Of a stretch of 64,000 bases of DNA, positions 40,870-54,876 are shown in pieces; position 1 is the first letter of the stretch, and each line of letters opens with the position of its first letter. Both the position numbers and the translations under genes were made by a program. Origin of the DNA: the human T2T-CHM13v2.0 reference genome, Homo sapiens; assembly GCF_009914755.1 (NCBI RefSeq), contig NC_060939.1; one strand, 5' to 3'. The notes under the pieces are model-generated. The model did not search any database. It was given only the letters and a program-made list of their open reading frames with translations, and was not told the origin of the DNA.

Positions 40870-41752
40870 AGAACTGTATATAAAATTGGCAAATATATTT
40901 TTATTGTGGGAAATTTAACATCTTTCCATAACTGAAAGATCAAATTGACAAATATTAGAAAGAAAATAAAGCATCTAAGCAATACAGGTACCATTTCAAT
41001 TAGTTTATCATAATCAATAATTAGATAATACACTTTCTTTATAAGTACATACAGAATATTTATAAATATTGGTCATGTACTAGACTACAAGGCAATTTCA
41101 AAGAGTCAGTATTATACAGATTATTTTCTGGTCACAAAGGAATTTTATTAGAAAACAAATATATTTATTATTTTTTAATAACAATATTTTGAGGATCTAT
41201 TATTTGCCAAGCCTCTTCTTGGGGTGAAAGGGAGAGGGGAATTTGGTAATGATGCTGAGATTTCTAATAGGTAACTGGATGGATTGGGGTCCATTGACCA
41301 AGACTCCTTCATTTATTTATCAGATAACGTTTTAGTTCTACAGTTTTCTGGTATATGACATTCAGAATATTTCTATTCTGAACTGTCATTTTAGCATTAT
41401 CTTCCCCAACCCAAACCCTTGAAATGCAAGCTTGTCCCTGTCTTCTACTGCACAAAACAAGTTGAATCTTAATGAAAGCATTCATCCCCCGACCTTGACC
41501 CAGCTCCAAGTCAGAAAGAAGTAGAATGCTCTCCATAGGGAAAGGAAAATGAATCAGGATTTGTAATTTTTATGCCTATATCTGACATTAAAAGTATCTC
41601 AATATTCCTTTAATCACTAGCACAAAATGTCTACACCAGTCCAAAAGATTTTCCTTATGCTGACTTACCACTGAAGTTCAAATGCACAAATTCTTTCCCC
41701 ATCCTTCTAGGCTCACAGCTACATTACATTTCCAAATGTCCTTTCAAGTTAG

Positions 41753-42303
41753 TGTTACTGGACAGGGGTCCTGATCCAGACCCCCAGAAAGGGTTCTTGG
41801 ATCTCACTCAAAAAAGAATTCAGGGTGAGTTGATGGAGTAAAGCGAAAGCAAGTTTATTAAGAAAGTAAAGGAATAAAGAATGGCTACTCCATAGACAGA
41901 GCAGCCCTTGGGCTATGGTTGCCCATTTTTATGGTTATTTCTTGATGATATGCTAAACAAGGAGTGTATTATTCATGCCTCCCCTTTTTAGACCATATAG
42001 GGTAACTTCCTGATGTTGCCATGGCATTTGTAAACTGTCATGGCATTGGTAGGAGTGTAGCAGCGAGAACGACCAGAGGTCACTCTTGTCAGTGTCTTGA
42101 TTTTGGTGGGTTTTAGCTGGCTTCTTTACTGCAACCTGTTTTATCAGCAAGGTCTTTATGACCTGTATCTTGTGCCAACCTCCAATTTCACCCTGCGGCT
42201 TACAATGCCTTAATTATCTGGGAATGCAGCCCAGTAGATCTCAGTCTTATTTTCCCCAGCCCTTACTCAAGATGGGATTGCTTTGGTTCAAACACCTCTG
42301 ACA
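41753..42303 (-). mobile_element. MER41A solo LTR (ERV1)
   Basis: Minus strand tgtcagaggtgtttgaacc..ccatcttg..ctactgggctgcattcccag...ggatccagacccc..taaca pattern. Lacks the TTCCnGGAA block between aaaaaggggagg and catgaataat. Confidence 0.88.
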
Positions 42304-42487
42304 TTTGGTATAGCTACTTGACCAAGTCCTGAACAATGATATGTATGCAGATGTAATTAAAACTCAGCATGGCCCAAAAAATTTACTACAAGTTCACTTT
42401 CCCTTCTCCACCCACTGGCTGAGTGGAAAGGAACTCAAGAGTCAGTAGAAAACAGTGCCACTTTGGAAAGGAGATTGTAAATTTTCT

Positions 42488-42632
42488 TCCTACAGAAAAA
42501 TGGTAAGTATGTGAGGTGGTAGATATATTAAATAGCTTGATTGAATCATTCCACAATGTATACATATATATCATAACATCACATGGTATCCTATAAATAT
42601 ACATTACTCAATTAAAAATTAAATTAAATTAG
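42488..42632 (+). mobile_element. Short L1MA 3' end
   Basis: aaatggtaagtatgtgaggtg..aatagcttgatt..tcattccacaatgtatacatatat..aacatcac..ctataaatatacatt. Confidence 0.75.
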
Positions 42633-43653
42633 CCTTTTTAAAAAGAAAACAGAGTCACACAGTGAGTTCTGTTCTTCCTAAAACTGATACAAATTGTATT
42701 GTCTGTTATACTGCTCAATGTCTTTTACATACCAAATTGGAAATTAAGAGACAAAATCATGTCTCATCTGAAGACTCAGTACATTTCCATTTATCAGACA
42801 AATTCTCATGTTTCCTATTCTTTCACTGCCAGGAAACTTGAAGCTAAATGTAAGGCCCATTTCACACTATTAATTAACTGTTTTAACATTATTTTAAGCT
42901 ATACTAATAGGTACTCTAAAAATTCTGCCTCAATTTCTGCTGGAATTGGATAAGATAGAAATTATGAGTAAAATAACTGATTCAGGTTATGGCTCTGATT
43001 ACGCAGTTCCCCAAACCTGAAAAGTCTCTTTCTTTTTGTTGAATCCTACCCAACCTTCTAGACGCAATTCAAATACCATTTCCATGAAGCTATCACCAAA
43101 AGACTTCAACACATTTTGACCTCTTTCCTTTCTAATCTATTACTGTACTTTTTATCTGGAAAAAAATGTGTTGTCTATACTAACATTTCCCTATTGCACC
43201 TTCTATATCAAAATAATCATGATCTCATCCCCACATGATAGTAGTTGTGCTTTCTGCATTCCATAAGAAATTTAAAAATCCCATAGGCATAAACACTGTA
43301 CCATTTCCTTCACTGTGTATCCTCACAGCCCATGAAAGAGGAAGCACAAATTCATGCCACACAATTTAGCCAAGTAATAGACCATTTTCCTTCTGTTACA
43401 TTCTAATTCTCAGATATAGAAAAAAACTTTCTAGAGATCTACTGCCAAGTACTATATCATTATGATGTCTCTCTAAGATCCTAGTAAAATGCTGGGTCCA
43501 AAATAAGTTCTGAAACAGCCAACAGTAATTCACTGGCCCAGAAAGAGTAACTCAGGAATGACTAAAACCAAAGCCTGAGGATTTTAACCTCCTGATCAAG
43601 GATCTCTTTCCCACAAACCCTAAAAACTAAAAAATCCTGACTCATATTTTTGT

Positions 43654-43703
43654 CTTTCTTTCTTTTTCTTTTTTCTTTTTTTTTTTTTTTTTTTTTTTTT
43701 TTT
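43654..43703. repeat. (CTTT)n/poly(T) tract
   Basis: Seen directly; no adjacent Alu or L1 body recognised. Confidence 0.85.
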
Positions 43704-44731
43704 GGTCTCAGAAACTCTTTACCACAGGGAGTTCAAGGTATAATAAAAGAGAATGTGCTCTGGAGTCCTGGCAGAAAAACCCTTGAGTCTTAGATGTCAT
43801 CTACATATTGTTTGACATGGTTCCTTATCTTATTCAACCTCATCTTCCTCTTCTCTAAGATAGGAATGGCAATTACGAACCTCAAAAGGCTAACATGAGG
43901 AGCAAATTAGATACTACCTGCAAAGCATATGGCACAGTGCCTTGCATACAGAGTCACTCAGTATTTTCCCTCCTTCCCTGCTAGAGTAATCTGTCCCAAC
44001 ATCCACATGCACTCAATGCTCTGAGGCTACCTATCCTGATTTATCGTTCTCCACTTGAAATTAGAATTTTAGAGGCTATGAACACTTACAAATTGAAAAC
44101 TTAAAATATATCAAAACAAATTAAATGATCACCCTTTTTTTAAGTTTTATAAAAATGCTGGAAATTCTGCCTTGAAAGTTACCAAGATGGACCTGGATCA
44201 ACTGTCTCAGACTCAACTACTTACTGAAGAAAAAAACAAAGGGGAAAAGCCTATTTCTCATACTTCAAAGCTCTATAGTTTATTTCATGAGAATTTTTTT
44301 ACCTTCATTCTGATGTCTATCAAACTACAAGAGAATGGCAAATAGCCAAGGAAATAAATCTATTAAAAATTCAGTAGCAGCATGCTAAGACTCATATTGT
44401 CAGTTGGCATATGGTGAACTAGCTGCCCACACCATGTGTTCACTAATTCTATGCATGATCTTCCAGAATGGTCTTTTGAAGTTTCTCACCCTGTAAAACA
44501 ACAACTTTTTTTCAATAGATATTGTAGACATTTGTATTCAAAGTTACAAATCTTTGGTCTTGACCTAGCCTTCTGTTGTTTTATGTTGCATTTTATACTA
44601 TTGTCAAATCCGTAATTGTTTTACTTTTTAAGTTATTTCAAATGCTCTCAGCCTATATGAAAATACTTCTCTCTGTGTTAAGTGAACTGAATATAGACTT
44701 CTAAGGAGCTGGTATATAAATAAAAACCATT

Positions 44732-45140
<409 letters not shown>

Positions 45141-45332
45141 TTATTCTGTGATGCATGATTTAAATCCATTTTTAATGAACTACTCTGAGCCTTTACACAT
45201 GTAATTACATTCAGTCAAAAGAAATGCATACTAGTATTATTTAAGCACCACCTCCAGCTCCAAGGAGGACTTTGCATTTGAGACAGTATTAGCCACTGCT
45301 GATAGTGTGAGAATCCAGACAGGGCTGCCCTA

Positions 45333-45444
45333 GAGCAGAGGAAAAGTCTTGATAAGACAAATACAACTTGTGTATCCATGTAGTGAGCAGAAGAAAAGTC
45401 TTGATAAGACAAATACGACTTGTGTATCCATGTAGTGAGCAGAG
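45333..45444. repeat. 52-bp tandem duplication (2 copies plus 8 nt)
   Basis: gagcagaRgaaaagtcttgataagacaaatacRacttgtgtatccatgtagt at 45333 and 45385, with 2 mismatches. Confidence 0.95.
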
Positions 45445-45574
45445 ATTTTGGCTTCTAAGAGGAAAATTAAGGAAAAAAGTAAAGATAGGTAGAAAGAAAG
45501 GATTAGGGCAAAGATGAAGAAATATGATAACTGGGAAAGGGTAAGTTGGGATTGTGTGCTTAAAAACTTCTACT

Positions 45575-46010
45575 CTGAAATAAGCTAGGCACAGAAAGAC
45601 AAACTTCACATGTTCCCACTTGTTTGGGGGAGCTAAAAATTAAAACAATTGAACTCATGGAGATAGAGAGTAGAATGATGGTTACCAGGGACTGGGAAGG
45701 GTAGGAGGTGGGTGGGGGAGGGGATGAGGATGGTTAATGGGTACAAAAATGTAATTATGTAGAATGAACAAGATCTAGTATTTGATAACACAACCGGGTG
45801 ACTACCCTCAGCAATAACTTATTGTGCATTTAAAAATAACTAGAAGAATATAATTGGATTGTTTATAACAGAAAGAATAGATGCTTGACATGATGGATAT
45901 CCTCTTTACGTAGATGTGATTATTATGCAATGTATGCCTGTACTAAAATATCTCATGTATACCATAAATACATATATACTTGCTATGTGCCCACAAAAAT
46001 TTAAAAAGAA
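45575..46010 (+). mobile_element. L1MA2/3-like 3' end
   Basis: tgaaataagctaggcacagaaagacaaacttcacatgttc...aaatatctcatgtataccataaatacatatat. Confidence 0.85.
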
Positions 46011-47066
46011 AATGTAAAGTTACTTAAACCTTCTCCCCAGTCCACCTCCAACTCCACATCTCCACCTTTTCAAACCCATTGCCAAGGTCATTCACACAGG
46101 TGGATCAATTTCCCAAGCCTCTGCTTGGTAGTTGCCTCTATCCCTCCTTAGTCATTTTGCCTCCTCATTCCCATTGCCTCATGAGCAGCCCATGTTTGCT
46201 TTAAAAATAAATAAATAAATAAAATTTTTTTTAAAACTTCCTTATATTTCTCCTATGCAGATTTGGCCTTGACTAGCCCAGTAAAAGACTCAAACTCAGA
46301 TCCAGCCTGTTGCCAAGGGACCAACCTGTTTACTGAATAGCTATGGATAAGCCTAAGTTAAAAATTAATAGGACTAGGGCATAGGGTTTCATGGCAATTC
46401 TCTGTATTTTCCATTTAATTATTATATAAACCTAAAAATGCTCTGAAATAATAGTCTATTAAAAAATTATTACAACTTAAAGTAGTAGCAACTGTGAAAA
46501 TACTAACAGATAAGGAGAACCTAATTTGCACAGACCTGGGTTGATCAAAGATAAGATTGTTTGCTAGCCATGGCCATTAGCAGTGCCTAACTGGCTATAA
46601 GTATGGAATCCTAGCATCCTGCAGAATCTAAAGTCAAATAAGATATGATAAAGTACAGCACATTTTGTCTCCTCCCAAGTGACTCATAAACATTTGCATT
46701 ATTTTCACCCACTCCTTAGTTTCCATTTAATATAGACAAGAAAGAATATAGGGTGCAGATAAGATTCTGCTTCACCTCTACTATTAAGACAACTGCCCTC
46801 TTACCCAATTCAGAATACTTAGGGGTGACTGACCTAAGATGCCTTTTTAGGTTAGAGATGCACAAAAAAGAGTCTTTAATTCACAATTCATTAAAAGGAT
46901 TAATTCATCAAAATTTGGACCCATTAATTCACTAAAAAGATTGAAGTACTACTGTACTCCTAGCACAGTGCTTATTACTAGAGATAGCTCAATAAGTAAG
47001 ATATGACCTATACTCAAAAAAAGCTCACCCATCTATCACCTATCACCCGAAGTAAGAGACACTCAC

Positions 47067-49775
47067 CATCTTAGTCCATTCAGGTTGCTATAAAAAAATA
47101 CCACAGAGTAGATGGCTATAAAAAAACAGAAATTTCTTTCTCACAGTTCTGGAGGCTGGAAGTCTGAGATCAGGGTGTCAGCATGGTGAGGTTTTAGTGA
47201 AGGCCCTCTTTCAGGTTGGAAATTGCCAACTTCTCCTTGTATCCTCACCTGGAAGAAAGGATAAGGGGTCTCTCTGAAGTCTCTTTCATAAGGGCACTGA
47301 TATGGTTTGGATTTATGTCCCTGTCCAAATCTCATGTCAAATTGTAAAAGGGGCCTGGTGGGAGGTGATTGGATCATGGGGGTGGATTTCACCATTGCTT
47401 TCTCATGATAATGAGTGAGTCCTCACAAAATCTGATGCTTTAAAAATGTGTGGCACTTTGCCCTTCTCTCTCTCTCCTGCTGTGACATGGTAAGACATGC
47501 TTGCTTCCCTGTCACCTTCCACCACAATTGTAAGTATCCTGAAGGCCTCTCAGTCCTGCTTCCTGTTAACCCTGTGGAACTGTGAGTCAAACCTCTTTTC
47601 TTCATAAATTACCCAGTCCCAAGTAGTTATGTTCTTGAAAGCAGTGTGAGAATGGACTAAAACAGAAAATTGGTACCAAGAATGGTGTACTGCTATAAAG
47701 ATACCTGAAAATGTGGAAGACATTTTGGAACTGGGTAATGGGCAGAAGTTTGAACAGTTTGGAGGGCTCAAAAGAAGACAGGAAGATGTGGGAAATTTTG
47801 GAACTTACCAGAGACTTGTTGAATGGTTTTAACCAAAATGCTGATAGTGAGATGGAAAATGAAATCTAGGCTGAGGAGGTCTTAGATGGAGATGAGGAAC
47901 TCACTGGGAACTAAGGTAAAGGTCAGTCTTGCTATGCTTTAGCAAAGAGACTGGAGGTATTATGTCCCTTCTGTAGGGATCTGTGGAACTTTGAACTTGA
48001 GAGAGATGATTAGGAAGAAATTTCTGGTGAAAGAAATTTCTAAGCAGCAAAGCATTTAAGATGTGACCTGGCTACTCCTAACAGCATGCACTCACATGCA
48101 TTTACAAAGAGATGGTCTGAAATTGGAACTTATGTTTCAAAGAGGAGCAGAACATAAAATATGAAAAATATGCAGTCTGACCATGAGGTAGAAAATAAAA
48201 ATGCATTCTCTGGGGACAAATTCAAGCCACCGACTGTAGAAATTTACATAAATAAAGAAAAGCCAAATGTTAGTCGCCAAGACAATGGGGAAAATGTCTC
48301 CAAGGCATTTCAGAGAGCTTCACGGCAGCTGTTCCCATCACAGGCCAGAGGCCTAGGAGGAAAAAAATGGTTTTGTGGGCTCTGCAAAGCCTTGGGACAT
48401 GGCACCCTGCATCCCAGCAGCTGCAGCTCCAGCCATGGCTAAAAGAAGCCAAGGAACAGTTCAGGCCATTACTTCAAATAATGCAAGCCCCAAGACTTGG
48501 CAGTTTCCATGTAGTGTTTGGCCTGCAGGTGTGTAAAAGGCAAGAGTTGAGGTTTGGGAACCTCAGCCTAGATTTCAGAGGATGTATGGAAATGCCTGGA
48601 TTTCCAGGCAGAAGTCTGCTGCAGAAGTGAAGGTCTCATGGAGAACCTCTGCTAGGTCAGTGTAGAGGGGAAATGTGAGGTTGGAGCCCCCACACAGAGT
48701 CTCCACTGGGGCACTCCCTAGTGAAGCTTTGAGAAGCAGGCCAACATCCTCCAGACCCCAGATTCACTGACAATTTACACTATGCACCTGGAAAAGCCAC
48801 AGACACTCAACACCAGCCCATGAAACCAGCTACAGGGGCTGTACCCTGCAAAACCACAGGGATGGAGTTGCCCAATGTTATGGGAGCCCACCTCTTACAT
48901 CAGCATGCCCTGGATGTGAGACATGGAGTCAAAGGAGATTATTTTGGAGCTTTAAGGTTTAATGACTGCCCTGCTGGGTTTCAGACTTGCATGGAGCCTG
49001 TGACCCCTTAGGTTTTGACCAATTTATCTCTTTTGTAACAGAAGGATTTACCCAATGCCTGTACCCCCATTGTACCCTGGAGGTAACTAACTTATTTTCA
49101 CTTTTACAGGCCAATAGGTAGAAGGGACTTGCCTTGTCTCAAATGAGACTTTGGACTTGGACTTTTGAATTAATTCTGGAATGAGTTAAGACTTCGGGCG
49201 ATTGTTGGAAAGGCATGATTGATTTTGAAACATGAGAATGACATGAGATTTGGGAGGGGCCAGGGGTGGGATGATACGGTTTAGGTTTGTGCCCCTACCC
49301 AAATTTTATGTCGAATTGGTAGAAGGCCCTGGTGAGAGGCGACTGCATCATGGGGGCAAATTTCCCCCCTTGCTGTTCTCATGATAGTGAGTTCTCACAA
49401 GACCCACAAGATCTGATGGCTTAAAAGTGTGTTGCATTTCCCCCTTTGCTGTCTCTCTCTCCTGCTCTACCATGATAAGACATGCTTGCTTCCCCTTCAC
49501 CTTCTGCCATAACTGTACGTTTCCTGAGGCCTCCCAGTCATGCTTCCTGTTAACTCTGTGAAACTGTGGGTCAATTAAACCCTTTTTCTTCATAAATTAT
49601 CCAGTCTTAGGTAGGTCTTTATAGCAGTGTGAGAACAGCACTAATCCCAATCATGAGGTCTCTTCCTTCATGACATAATCACCTCCCCAAAGCCCCTTCT
49701 CCTAATACCATCATTTGGGGGTCAGAATTTCAACATATAAATTTGTAAGGTGACACAAACATTCAGATCATAGCA
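47067..49775 (-). mobile_element. MLT1A-like LTR split by the MST provirus (47067-47297 and 49638-49775)
   Basis: tcttagtccattcaggttgctata..cacagttctggaggctggaagtc..taagggcac | taatcccaatcatgagg..cattcagatcatagca; TSD ctcac/ttcac. Confidence 0.8.
47298..49637 (+). mobile_element. Complete MST(A)-type MaLR element: LTR 47298-47664, internal 47665-49271, LTR 49272-49637
   Basis: Two homologous tgata.ggttt..gcagtgtgagaa LTRs. Internal starts gaaaattggtacc; purine tract tttgggaggggccaggggtggga precedes the 3' LTR. gcac flanks both ends. Confidence 0.9.
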
Positions 49776-52700
49776 TTCACAAATAACAAAAAAATAAGAT
49801 GAAAACTGTATCATGAAAAGAGGAAAAAATATTACAGGTGTCCTGACTTTTCACTGGGACTGCTTCATGGTTACAGTGCTACCTGAGACAATATTTGAAG
49901 GACAAATCAGGGTGTTATTCATAACTACTCAATTCAATTCCTCACACTGCAGGAGAATTCCACATCCCTGCCCCCTTAAATGCAGAGATTGCTATGTGAC
50001 TTGGTTTGTACCCTGAATAGAAGTGGAAATGTTATGTGCTGTTTGCCTTGGCCCCCTTTCCTTTGCAGTTGAAACACCTGCAGATTTACAAACAGAGGTG
50101 CTCTATCAGACCACGTACCAGGGCAATGACCACTGAGACCTCTCCCTTTCCCCCATCTGGCTGCCTCCCTAAGACCCTGACAAGGCCATCAACCTAGGAA
50201 AAAATAAGGCTGCACATTGCAATCTTTCCTCATTTTCATCGCCCTCTCTGGTAGCCAATATTTGCTCATCTCATTTGCCATTTTCCTCCTCCTGTCAGGA
50301 GTGTCCTTGCCAAGCTCAGGCCTTGCCAAGCTCAGGCAACTCCAGACTCAACCTTCAGCCAAGAGAGCTTCCTGCTCACTGAATAGGAACAATAGTGAGG
50401 TCAAGATGGACCCATGACATTAGTAAAGAAATAACCCTTTGTTGTTATGAGACATTGAGTATTTTGGAGGTTGTTGATGACTATAGTACAACTTACCCTA
50501 TCCTGGCTGGTACAGTAGGTTTTGAGTTTGTGGCAAGGAAGATACTGCACATAAATGGAGAGAATTCTGGAACTCTGAAAACATTATGAAAAGCAATAGT
50601 TCAACACTGTTCTCACTTAAAGCATATAAAAGGAAAGCATGAAGCCTGCTGCGTTTGAACCTATATTTTAAGAAAATCTGCAATTTCTTATACCCAGTGA
50701 TATCTATTTCTAGCTCATGTAATTTTTTTCCTCAAATTTTCGTTGATTTCTCTACCTGCTTTGATTGCTTTTATTTAATCTCTCACACACAAAATGATTC
50801 AATATTATTCCCTCATTTCCAGGTCACATTTAAAGATTGGACTAAATCCAGCAAACTCTGATTTATGTGGCTCTGATAAACCATGACATTTCCCAAATGA
50901 GTCCATAAAAAATGCATAGATGATAGATTCTACTGATGTTCTGGGGGCATAATGATGATTTCTGCACTAAAGAAATACATAAATTCTGCCTTTAAATTGT
51001 CATTATGTACCTATGGCTTCTTGCTTTAAGAAGTAAGATGAGTATTTTAAAAAGTGCTCTCTTCAAAATTTAGAAACTATGCTCTGACTGGATAAACCTG
51101 TGAACAAGTAACCAACCTTTCATAGCTACTTTCTCACCTTGTAATAAAAATACATAAATTTACAATTATTTTATAATGGCCTTATTGGAATTGAATGGCC
51201 ACGTGTAACCTAAAGCCATCATTCACTTTTAATTTACAATAAATCAAATGTGTCTTTCATTCATATAGACTGTTGCTAGCCACAAAGGGCTTTCACATAA
51301 TCTCATTTAATTTAAAAACAACTCTGAATAGCATCATTAGACTCATTTTACAAATGAGGTTACTGAAGCTCAGAGAAAGTATAATTTTTCTATTAATAGC
51401 ATTTATTATAAATTCTATGTCACAAAATTACGTATAACTAGAATTTAAACCTCAAAACCTAATTCCTTGTATTCCAGTAAGCTTGGTACACTCAATACTT
51501 TGCCCAAACTTCCCACATGCAGAGCCATAGGTACTATATTAAATGCTCCCTTCCTTCGACCTCTGCTTTCTGCTGGTCTATAAGCCTGTGCTTGCTCCTC
51601 TTCGCCTTGCTAACCCCAAGTGCAAAGCCTTCAGTGCTGACTCAATCAGTGCTTTGACATCTCAGAGCTTCTCCTTCATTGCCAAGCCCTAGCTTTTTAT
51701 CCTTCTTGGGCAGTATCAAATCTCGCTCCTTCCTCACTGCTATCCCTTGGCTTCCCAAGTAACCTAGAGCCCCAAATGCCACACTTTCCCAATAATTCCC
51801 TATCCTTCCACTTTAGCATTTTATGCATTCTTTTTATGCATATGTGTACAAAAAAGACTCGTCAACAAAACTACTCCTTCTTATTGTTAGTACTTCAACA
51901 TGTTTTTACATGAAAATAACCCATATTTTAAAGCCCAACCTAAACTAATAAAATGTTTTAATGTACATTCTTCCCATATAAACTACTGAGATTTGCTTTG
52001 GCTGTTTCTAGGTCACATACATATCACCAGTCACAGTGATTTGCCACAACCCACAAACACATTTCACTACCTATATTCTATAGAGAAGTCACCAGCTCAA
52101 CAGCAAGCATCAACAGAGATCAAGAACTGTACACACCCCACAGAGCCAAAAATTATGCCACCATTCAGAAGCAACTTCCATAAGAGGATGTCAATAACCA
52201 TTGCCTAACAGACATAATTCTCTTTAGAACAAGACATATCGTGTGCAGCATAGAGATCAAATGATTTGCTACAATTTTTGTGACACATTAGGAAAAAAAA
52301 AGATGATAAAGCAATTCATTTTTGCAAGCCAAGTAGCAGTAGTTGCTATCCCTGACTGTAATCTAGGGATTTGATAAGAAAAAGAATTGTAAAATGGTCG
52401 CAGTGTTTTCTAAGTCTGGTTGAAAAATATACTGAGATCACGTGGCAAAAACAAACCTAAAGCTTTCTCAATTCGTGAAGAACTACAAGGGCCAATGCCT
52501 CTTTTAATGTTAGAGAAACTTTTTTTAAAATCTTGGGTGAAAAGGTAAAATTTTAAGAGGGCAAAGACCATGCCTTGGACTTCTATCATATTTTCTGTAG
52601 TGCCCAGCTCAAGCAGAGTGCTTAGGTCATCATGGTACAGTGAAACATTCCCAGACTGAAAGTTAAACAACACACCTGCTCCTCTAAGCCCTGCCATTGC

Positions 52701-53390
52701 TTTAGATACAATCTGTTACCTTCTCCCTGCCTCTGCCTCCTCATCTGTGACATGAGGGGAATAGCCTAGGTGACCTATAAGGTCCTTCTGTCTCTAACTC
52801 ATTGGGCTCTCATGACTTCCTTCAATCTATGCTCAATGGTAGTAATAGGCTCATGCAACTAATTAATTTTCTGCTCCTCATCTTAAAACTCTAGGATTGG
52901 TAGAGCTATTTTGAGCAAATTTGCTAGTAAGATTTTCAGTAGGTCAAAGATATCTTTTCAAATGTAAAATGACTGAAAACGGCCTAGAACAGGATAGAAA
53001 ATAAAAACAGCATCTTTGTTGGAGCCAGAGGGTAAAGCTGAGCTTAGGGAATTGCTCACGCAGAAAAGAATGAGCACAAATGAAGGTGAAACAAATTGAA
53101 AAGAAAAATAGAAGGGTTATTACTATGGGCCACCAGCTTTCTTTATCAAATCCTAACAAGCCTTTCAACCCTGATTCTCTCAGCCTCAGAAATGTTTACT
53201 GTGATGAATCCAGCAGCTCTACCTCATAACTAGGGGTCTGGGTTGGTTTCATGAATGTCCACTCGTCAGGATTCATCGCCTTTGAACAAAGAGCTAGTGG
53301 CTGTGGAGCATTTGGTTTTCTTGTCAATTTCTATTCTATTCTTCATTTCTAAGGAAAAGAAAAAAATAGTTTGGCCTGACAAAACAATGA

Positions 53391-54310
<920 letters not shown>

Positions 54311-54343
54311 TGTTCATTAATTACTGGTTTTAGGTTAATTAGC

Positions 54344-54876
54344 CATGATGGTTAATTTTATGTGTCAAGTTGGTGAGGCCATAGTATCCAGATATTTGGT
54401 CGAACAGTATTCTAGATGTTTCTGTGAAGGTATTTTCTATTGGGTATAACATACACTATTTGGGCAACAGGTACACTAAAAGCCCAGACATTGCCTCTAT
54501 GCAATATATCCATGTAACACAACTGCACTTGTACTCCCCTAGATGTCTAAACATTTAAAAATTATTTTAAACATTTAAATCAACACACTCTGGGTAAAGC
54601 AGATTACCGTCCATGATGTGACTCAGCCTCAACCAATCAACTGAAGGCCTTAACAGAAAAAAGACTGATCTCCCCATGCAAAAAGGAACTCTGCCAGCAG
54701 ACTGCCTTTGGATGCAAACCGCAACACCAGCTCTTCCCTAGTTCTTCAGCCTGTTAGCCTACTCGGCATATTTTGTACTTGCCAGCCATCGCAATGTGTG
54801 AGTCAATTCCTTAAAATAAATCACTTAAAATCTCTGTCTCTCACTAACCATTGTTTCTGGAAAACGATAATTAAAA
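54344..54876 (+). mobile_element. MLT2-type (ERVL) LTR with a short L1PB-like 3' end inserted at ~54435-54570
   Basis: tgatggttaattttatgtgtcaa..ggccatagtatccagatatttggtc..tgccagcagactgcctttgga; the insert contains tacactaaaagcccagac..catgtaacacaactgcacttgtac. Confidence 0.78.
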
